Assembly (NCBI GenBank): GCA_044345405.1
Contig: JBIJBE010000050.1
Span: 1 to 23,136 of the forward strand
DNA from: Bdellovibrionota bacterium
Lineage (GTDB): Bacteria > Bdellovibrionota_C > UBA2361 > OMII01
Direction: 5' to 3'
DNA length: 23,136 nucleotides
Numbering within the stretch: position 1 is the stretch's first letter; every line of letters starts with the position of its first letter. Below, in pieces: positions 17,241-23,136 of this stretch. Position numbers and translations under genes: made by a program. The notes below the pieces were generated by a model. That model saw only the letters and a program-made list of their open reading frames with translations. It searched no databases and was not told the origin of the DNA.

Positions 17241-17984
17241 TTAGTGCTCCACTGAGGGAGAGGTGAGTTCAAGGAACATGTGTTCAAGGCCTTCGTCGTG
17301 TTTGCCGGTCAGCTCTCGGATGTCATCCAGGGTTCCAGTGGTGAGGATACTCCCCTTATGAATGATCGCGAGGTTGTCGGCGAGCTCCTCAGCCACGTTG
17401 AGGGAGTGCGTCGAGAGGAATATTGTGACTCCCGCCTTCGCGTAGCGTTTGAACGCTTCCTTAAGGTTTCGGGCGCCGTGTGGGTCAAGGCCGACCATCG
17501 GCTCGTCGACGATGAGAACTCGTGGATCGTGGACGAGAGCCGCGCAGGTCGCGAGACGTTGCTTCATACCGTGCGAGTAGCTCTCGATCAGTTCATCCTG
17601 CCACTGCGTAAGGGAGTATTCCTCGAGGACTTCGTCGATTCGCCTCTCGCCCTGTTTCCCAGGAACTCGGTAGAGGTCACACATGAAATTGAGGAACTCT
17701 CGGCCCGTGAGCTTCGGATAGAGATTGGGTCTATCAGGGATGTACCCAGTAATCGCTTTCGCTTGGATCGGATCCGCCAGAAGGTCGTGTCCTCCGAGGT
17801 AGATCGATCCTGATGATGGCTTGAGTATGCCGGTGATCATTCGGATGGTGGTGGTCTTTCCAGCGCCGTTGACGCCGAGGAACGCGAAGATCCCGCCGGT
17901 AGGAACCTGGAGCGAGATATCGTTCACTGCCTTGAAGGAGCCGTAGCTTTTTGAAAGGTTCTTAAGCGTGATCATGTTTGCCAT
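17241..17984 (-). CDS. ABC transporter ATP-binding protein
   Basis: Walker A GVNGAGKTT, signature YSHGMKQR, Walker B LIVDEP and H-loop STH. The start could be 17984 or 17975. Confidence 0.95.
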   Translation of the reverse strand: MANMITLKNLSKSYGSFKAVNDISLQVPTGGIFAFLGVNGAGKTTTIRMITGILKPSSGSIYLGGHDLLADPIQAKAITGYIPDRPNLYPKLTGREFLNFMCDLYRVPGKQGERRIDEVLEEYSLTQWQDELIESYSHGMKQRLATCAALVHDPRVLIVDEPMVGLDPHGARNLKEAFKRYAKAGVTIFLSTHSLNVAEELADNLAIIHKGSILTTGTLDDIRELTGKHDEGLEHMFLELTSPSVEH

Positions 17985-18135
17985 CCCTGCAGGTCCCTTC
18001 ACGGAAAGGTCCTGACTCCACGTAAGGTAGGATGCTCTCGAGGGGCGATTTTGTTCGCCGGTGGAATCAGAGGTGGAGACGGCTTTTTATGCTGTCATGG
18101 CAGTCGGTTAGCTGCCTTAGCTGGGTTCGTGGGGG

Positions 18136-18789
18136 TTATCCACGCCTCATGGCCTCTACAAGGCACAACGGCTTTCCTTGGGACTTGAACAACATCTCGA
18201 ACTCGGTCGGGATGTTGTTCTCGATATAGGGACTCCGCAGCAGGTCGGTCGTGTGACGTTGTACCTCCCACTTGTCCGGGGTGAGGAGGGGACAGGTTGA
18301 CGCGAAATATTCTTGATGATCTGTTTTGTAGCGGAGGAAGCCCCCCGGTTTTAGGAGCTCCCACATCGTTTGAATGAGTTCAGCGTTGATGAGACGATTT
18401 TTTCGCCATCGACGCTTTTCCCAAGGATCTGGGTAATTAATGAAGAACGCGGATACCTGGCCAGGTGAGAAGAGGTGACGGATCTGACGGGCGTCGGTCC
18501 GTAAGACCCGTACGTTATCGAGAGATTTGCCCTCAGCTTTCTCGCCTGTTTTGAACGCCCGTTTGAATCGGATCTCGAGACCGATACAGAGCGCCTGCGG
18601 GGAGCGATCGGCTAGTCGAATAAGGTGCATACCGGAGCCGGAGCCGAGCTCGACGTAGCAGTCCGGAAAGTTTCCGATGATCGATTGGATCTCAGTACGC
18701 GAGGTCTCCGCGAGTTCACGGTCGTTTTCGGCCACGATGATACCTGGTTTCGTGGTCACGAGTTGCATGTACTGATTTTCCCAAGCCAT
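18136..18789 (-). CDS. trmB: tRNA (guanine-N7)-methyltransferase
   Basis: VELGSGSG, GLEIR, INYPDPWEKRRWRKNRL, KTD and TEFE motifs. Confidence 0.9.
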   Translation of the reverse strand: MAWENQYMQLVTTKPGIIVAENDRELAETSRTEIQSIIGNFPDCYVELGSGSGMHLIRLADRSPQALCIGLEIRFKRAFKTGEKAEGKSLDNVRVLRTDARQIRHLFSPGQVSAFFINYPDPWEKRRWRKNRLINAELIQTMWELLKPGGFLRYKTDHQEYFASTCPLLTPDKWEVQRHTTDLLRSPYIENNIPTEFEMLFKSQGKPLCLVEAMRRG

Positions 18790-18952
18790 AGGCCTCACGA
18801 TACGACAGGATGGGGCAATTATTCAAATATGCTCGGTAACTTGCTGAGTCTTCAAGGGCGAATGGTGAATCAAAAGAGAGGCGAGAGGTGTGGGTTCGGA
18901 TCTGTCGCTATCGTTGCAACCCTCATCCCTGTCGTCCCAGAGGTCGTTACCT

Positions 18953-19834
18953 ATGCTGCATCTTATCTCTCGATGGTTACACTGGGACTTCATCCGAATG
19001 GGGAAGGGTATTGAGTCCCGCTACGCCCGCTGCTCCTCGTATTGGGAGCCTCACCTTGAGTGTACCCGTGATTTCATAGAGGCGCACGTTGAACCGGGGG
19101 GACGGTTGGCGGTCCTTGGGGCGGGCCGGCTCTTGGACATCGATCTTAAAAAGTTACTTCCCCACTTCTCTGAGATTCATCTCTTCGACGCGGATCCCAG
19201 CGTCATTAGAACGTGGCGGAAGACAAGCGGCGTGGCCTTTCGAGAGAAGGTGGTTCCCCGCATTCTCGACGTCACGGGGTCCCTTCACTCGTGGAGCGCC
19301 GGGCTCTCGATCGCCATTCGTCGAGGAGATCTTGAAGGGTACCTATCATCTTTGGTGCCTCAGAAGGGGGCGTGGGAGAGTGAGCGATTCGATGGCGTCA
19401 TCTCACTCAATCTGATTGGGCAGATTCCTCTCTATTGGCGAGACCGGGTGCAGGCCGCCGCTCCCCAACTTTCGCCCGCGGAGGAGCGAGCTCTTATCGA
19501 TTCCATGGCGCGCCTGCAATCAGCGCATCTTCACGCGTTGGATCAACATTCTCGCTCCTGGTCTATCGTGATTACCGACACTGAATACTACACCTACCGA
19601 GTCGATCATTCTGAGTGGGAGGTGGAGCCCGCGTTGCACGGCGAGGTGCAAAGCGCGTTACAAGCTCCCCCTGTTCGCATGGAAAGGCACGGCAGCGAAT
19701 GTTGGCTGTGGCACCTCATGCCTCAGTTCATCGAGTCAGACGAAGAGGGATACATCCACCGAGTTGAGGCGGCCGCGTGGAAGGCTCAGGCGAAGGGGGG
19801 CGATGCCGAAGGGGTAGTTTCAGGGAAATTATAG
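18953..19834 (+). CDS. Hypothetical protein with a class I SAM-methyltransferase-like Rossmann fold
   Basis: LAVLGAG (motif I), HLFDAD (acidic end of strand 2), LDVT and FDGVISLNL. AGAGGT precedes ATG 18953. Confidence 0.6.
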   Translation: MLHLISRWLHWDFIRMGKGIESRYARCSSYWEPHLECTRDFIEAHVEPGGRLAVLGAGRLLDIDLKKLLPHFSEIHLFDADPSVIRTWRKTSGVAFREKVVPRILDVTGSLHSWSAGLSIAIRRGDLEGYLSSLVPQKGAWESERFDGVISLNLIGQIPLYWRDRVQAAAPQLSPAEERALIDSMARLQSAHLHALDQHSRSWSIVITDTEYYTYRVDHSEWEVEPALHGEVQSALQAPPVRMERHGSECWLWHLMPQFIESDEEGYIHRVEAAAWKAQAKGGDAEGVVSGKL

Positions 19835-22135
19835 CAGTCCTCTTGTAAAGCTCCGGTGTATATCAACCCAGATACTTCCGAAGTGAGTGCGAAGCGCGAG
19901 GATCGATTCTCTCGCCATACGTTCAGGGATCGGCTCCCAGAATGAGGAGAGTGATCCAGCTCTCAGCGCGGGTTTGATTCGATGCGCTATCCGTTTCTTC
20001 AGCTCCGCGGTTGGAATGGTGTTGAGACAGGCTACGAATGCCTCGCTCACGCCATCGAGGAAGACGATGCCCTCATCGAGGAGCTCGATCATCGTTTCCA
20101 TGCCCCGCTCGGAAGCGGAGTGTAGGAGAAGGTGAAGTTCGGGGGCGAAGAGATTGTGGCTGATAAACGATCTGTGCTCGTCTAGGAGATCCTCTCGTTG
20201 AGATATTCGCCATCCTCCCTCACTTCCAACCTTGAAGAGGTTGCTTGCTCGCTGCCACGCCGGTAGACAATAAAGAATATCCATCGTAGGAGCCTCACAC
20301 CACTCGCCGTACGATCGTAGCCACGCTTGTACCGCCTCTCGCTCGGCGGGGCTAAACTCAGTGATGTCATCGTAGTACTCCTCGCACATTTCGAGGACAT
20401 CTATCGCCTGTCGAATAGGTGAAAAGTCCGATATCTCCATCAATGTGAGCGCCTCTCGGCTCTCGGCGGGAAGGAGGTTCCACACGTGGGGATAGCGGGA
20501 GGCGATGAGGTTGAAAAATGGACGAAAGAGTTGTTCGCACCGCGCCTGTGAGAGTCCGTAGTAACGCCACGTGCTGTCCTCGTCGGCGCTTGCCGCTTGG
20601 GCACCCTTGAGAGCTTCGGGTGTCGAGCTTTCGGAGAGGAGGGGGGCGTATTTTGATTCAAGACGAGCAAACCAGAGCGCAAGGCGCTCTCCATCCCCAA
20701 GGAGGTCTCCTCCACGAGGCCGGAGCGCTACCACGCTAAATTCCAAGGGCTCGCCGAGGCTGTCGGCCTCATCGTAAAGAGAGGTTGGCTCGTCCTGGTC
20801 CTTGGTGTCGTCCACAGGAGCATCGTAGATCTCTTCCTCTAAGGTCTCCTCGATCGCAGAGTCATAGTCCTCTCCGTCGTCGTAGTCCATTTCATCCTCG
20901 AAGTCGGGCTCCTCATATTCCGCCATGCAGACCCGAAACGCTAAGACGAGGTCCTCCTGAGTTATGGTATCTTCGCCGGGAATGTAGAGGGTAAAGACGT
21001 GAGGGCGATCAATCATCCACGTATCAACCTCTGCTCCGCCGAGATCGTAGAGCCGATCGCGAAAACGCTCCAGATGCGCTCGATGCGTCTCGCCATCTCG
21101 AACGAAGAACCTGAGCTCCTCCCCGGTTTGGGAGACCATTTTCGCGAGTTGAGCCTCGGTGCTACTCGCGTACGGAGAGATTCGAGCGAGGGATGCGCAT
21201 CTCTGGGAATGGTAGGTCGCGCGCTCGTATAACACGAGTGATTCCCGTTCGATGATGCGCATCAAACGTTCAGCTCTCGACTTAATCTCGGCCGTGAGCT
21301 CCTCCTCGCTGAGGGCCTCGGACTCCGGATAGGTCGCGCGAAGAGACTCTGACCGCAGGACGAGACGCGCGAGTTGCTCGTAATACACTGGCGCCTCCGA
21401 CGGATGGAGGATCTGTCGTTCAACGATATCGGTTACTGGCTCTGGGAGTTCCTCCCGAGAGAGTGCTCCTAAGTGTCCCTCTATCGCTTCCAGGATCTCG
21501 ACGAGAAAATCATCCTCATCGAGGGTCGAGAGGATAAGAGGACCTATTCGGTTGGAGCCGCGCGATGAATGTCCACCCAGCAGAATGGAACATTCTGATC
21601 TTTGTTTGCAGAAGTCGCTTAAGGCGACCACGATCTCCTCAAGGTCCGCGCGATAGAGGGCGGCTCGAGAGGTTACCGCGGAGACGAGCCAATCGGCGTG
21701 CTCGAGCTCGTTTTGGAGTATCTTCTCGACGCGAGGCCGAACGAGATGGCGTTGCTCCCTGGCTGCCGCGATCTCGATAGATGTTCCTCGAAGGGACACC
21801 TGTTCGACACCCTCAATACCTCGAAGCGTCGTAATGAGATCCTCGCGCCACGTCCTGAGCAACGAATCGATCATCTCGCCGCTCTCATCGATGTTGACCG
21901 GATTTAAAAGTACATGAGTCAGGATCTTGCGAGCCTGTTGTCGTCCCTCCTTCGCCTCAGAGTTCAGCAGTCGGATGGTTTCGGCGCACAGCTGTCCCGT
22001 TCGCGAGGCATCCTCGATAGGACCAGTTGGTATCTTCAGTTCCTCAGCGAAACTCCGTGCTTCGTCGGGATCGGCGGTCACAAGGGCTTCGACGGCCCGT
22101 GGAAGGATTCGTGAGATCTGTCGTTCAATGAACAC
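19829..22135 (-). CDS. Large acidic hypothetical protein
   Basis: 768-codon open frame with a GTG start (in-frame stop just upstream at 22157-22159). Helical, Glu-rich composition; no family recognised. Confidence 0.8.
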   Translation of the reverse strand: MFIERQISRILPRAVEALVTADPDEARSFAEELKIPTGPIEDASRTGQLCAETIRLLNSEAKEGRQQARKILTHVLLNPVNIDESGEMIDSLLRTWREDLITTLRGIEGVEQVSLRGTSIEIAAAREQRHLVRPRVEKILQNELEHADWLVSAVTSRAALYRADLEEIVVALSDFCKQRSECSILLGGHSSRGSNRIGPLILSTLDEDDFLVEILEAIEGHLGALSREELPEPVTDIVERQILHPSEAPVYYEQLARLVLRSESLRATYPESEALSEEELTAEIKSRAERLMRIIERESLVLYERATYHSQRCASLARISPYASSTEAQLAKMVSQTGEELRFFVRDGETHRAHLERFRDRLYDLGGAEVDTWMIDRPHVFTLYIPGEDTITQEDLVLAFRVCMAEYEEPDFEDEMDYDDGEDYDSAIEETLEEEIYDAPVDDTKDQDEPTSLYDEADSLGEPLEFSVVALRPRGGDLLGDGERLALWFARLESKYAPLLSESSTPEALKGAQAASADEDSTWRYYGLSQARCEQLFRPFFNLIASRYPHVWNLLPAESREALTLMEISDFSPIRQAIDVLEMCEEYYDDITEFSPAEREAVQAWLRSYGEWCEAPTMDILYCLPAWQRASNLFKVGSEGGWRISQREDLLDEHRSFISHNLFAPELHLLLHSASERGMETMIELLDEGIVFLDGVSEAFVACLNTIPTAELKKRIAHRIKPALRAGSLSSFWEPIPERMARESILALRTHFGSIWVDIHRSFTRGLL

Positions 22136-22375
22136 AAAACGTAGGGGGATACGCGGTTAGGAGGCATGGTTACAACCGGTCTGCTAGAGAGTCAAATATA
22201 ATTGGACCGCTGTCCGATTTCTTGAAAGGTGGGGAGTTCGAGTCGTCGCGGTTGCCTCGTGGCTAACGGATGCACGAAGGGTGGAAATAGTTCTAAATAG
22301 GCTGAATATATCTGTATCGGAAAAGTCGGGAAGGGAAGCTATCCTCGGGTCCGTGTTTAGCGTACGGTTCAACGC

Positions 22376-22651
22376 ATGACGTTGTTACTGACCGACGAGA
22401 ATGCCCGAGAGCGGGTCATGGCTTTATTTGGGCTTTCCCAAGTTCCTGACCATCTTGAGGAATTGACCCTGCCTGCTGGCTTTTCTCGAGGGCCCGCTCC
22501 ACGGGATCTGTTGGACGCGGGTTTGGTGCGCTATCGAACGGAAACCGGGATCGCGTTTCAAGATGTGGAAGATTGGGACATCGTGCTGACCGAGCGAGGG
22601 ATGCGGGTCCTTCGTGATGAAACGAACGAAGAGCTCGATCGGCTTGCTTAG
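22376..22651 (+). CDS. Small acidic hypothetical protein, possibly winged-helix-like
   Basis: ATG follows an AT-richer intergenic region. LLDAGLV...IVLTERG resembles a winged-helix wing. Confidence 0.55.
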   Translation: MTLLLTDENARERVMALFGLSQVPDHLEELTLPAGFSRGPAPRDLLDAGLVRYRTETGIAFQDVEDWDIVLTERGMRVLRDETNEELDRLA

Positions 22652-22738
22652 GTCTTGCCCCCCGCTTATGATCATTCGGTTGAGATGGGCCGGGGGGAAC
22701 TTTCAACGAAATCGCCTACCAAAAAACACAGAGTAGTT

Positions 22739-23107
22739 ATGAACCCCGCCCAAGCGCCCACCCGCACCTCCGCGTCCCTCCACACCCAGCTCCCCACTGA
22801 GCCGATGGCTCTCATCGCCCCCTTACTCTCGGGTCTCTCCTTCCTCGCGATGCATGGGTATCAGCGACGTGGGCCTGAGCTCTCTATCGCGTGTCGATTT
22901 CCACATGGGGCCGGCACGCGAATGACCCTGGAGGTATCTCACGAGGGGGCGCGGCACTTTGAGCTGGAGGGGATCGCTTTTCGTGTCGAGGTTGATGGTG
23001 AAAGGCAACCCGCCCGACTTGTGACCCTCAACCGCTCGGGGATAGCGACGCTTGAGGAAATTCCGCGAATGTCTCGAGTCCTTATCACGCTTGCGCCAGA
23101 GCGGTAG
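22739..23107 (+). CDS. Hypothetical protein
   Basis: Open frame with protein-like composition. The start is uncertain (ATG 22739 or 22805). Confidence 0.5.
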   Translation: MNPAQAPTRTSASLHTQLPTEPMALIAPLLSGLSFLAMHGYQRRGPELSIACRFPHGAGTRMTLEVSHEGARHFELEGIAFRVEVDGERQPARLVTLNRSGIATLEEIPRMSRVLITLAPER

Positions 23108-23136
23108 CTCAGCGTCGCGCGGGTAGGTCTCCGGGT

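Noticed and set aside
18003-18135. Structured RNA or riboswitch between trmB and the ABC ATPase
   Set aside because: Only a 5-bp stem (GGCAG/CTGCC) is visible, with no recognisable RNA family motif.

Overview
Gene-dense bacterial chromosomal window of moderate GC, with no rRNA, tRNA, CRISPR array or transposase that I can see. From left to right: the 3' end of a flagellar operon (partial flgK, then flgL); a tightly coupled four-gene operon (WCGDC thioredoxin, soluble DPM1-like GT2 glycosyltransferase, BshB1/PIG-L deacetylase, divergent BshC-like protein) that looks like a non-canonical bacillithiol/mycothiol-type pathway; a membrane protein and a DUF1653-GNAT fusion; a minus-strand block (conserved hypothetical protein, hppD, amidohydrolase) with two clusters of GGAG-type REP hairpins; a URC-type uracil-catabolism operon (mmsA-like semialdehyde dehydrogenase, URC1-like GTP cyclohydrolase II, URC4/DUF1688, upp); an ABC transporter pair; trmB; a SAM-methyltransferase-like protein; a large acidic orphan; and two small hypothetical proteins. 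The best candidates for undescribed systems are the GT2/BshB/BshC-like/Trx operon and the URC operon coupled to a CoA-acylating semialdehyde dehydrogenase. All family calls come from motifs recognised by eye; no database search was run.
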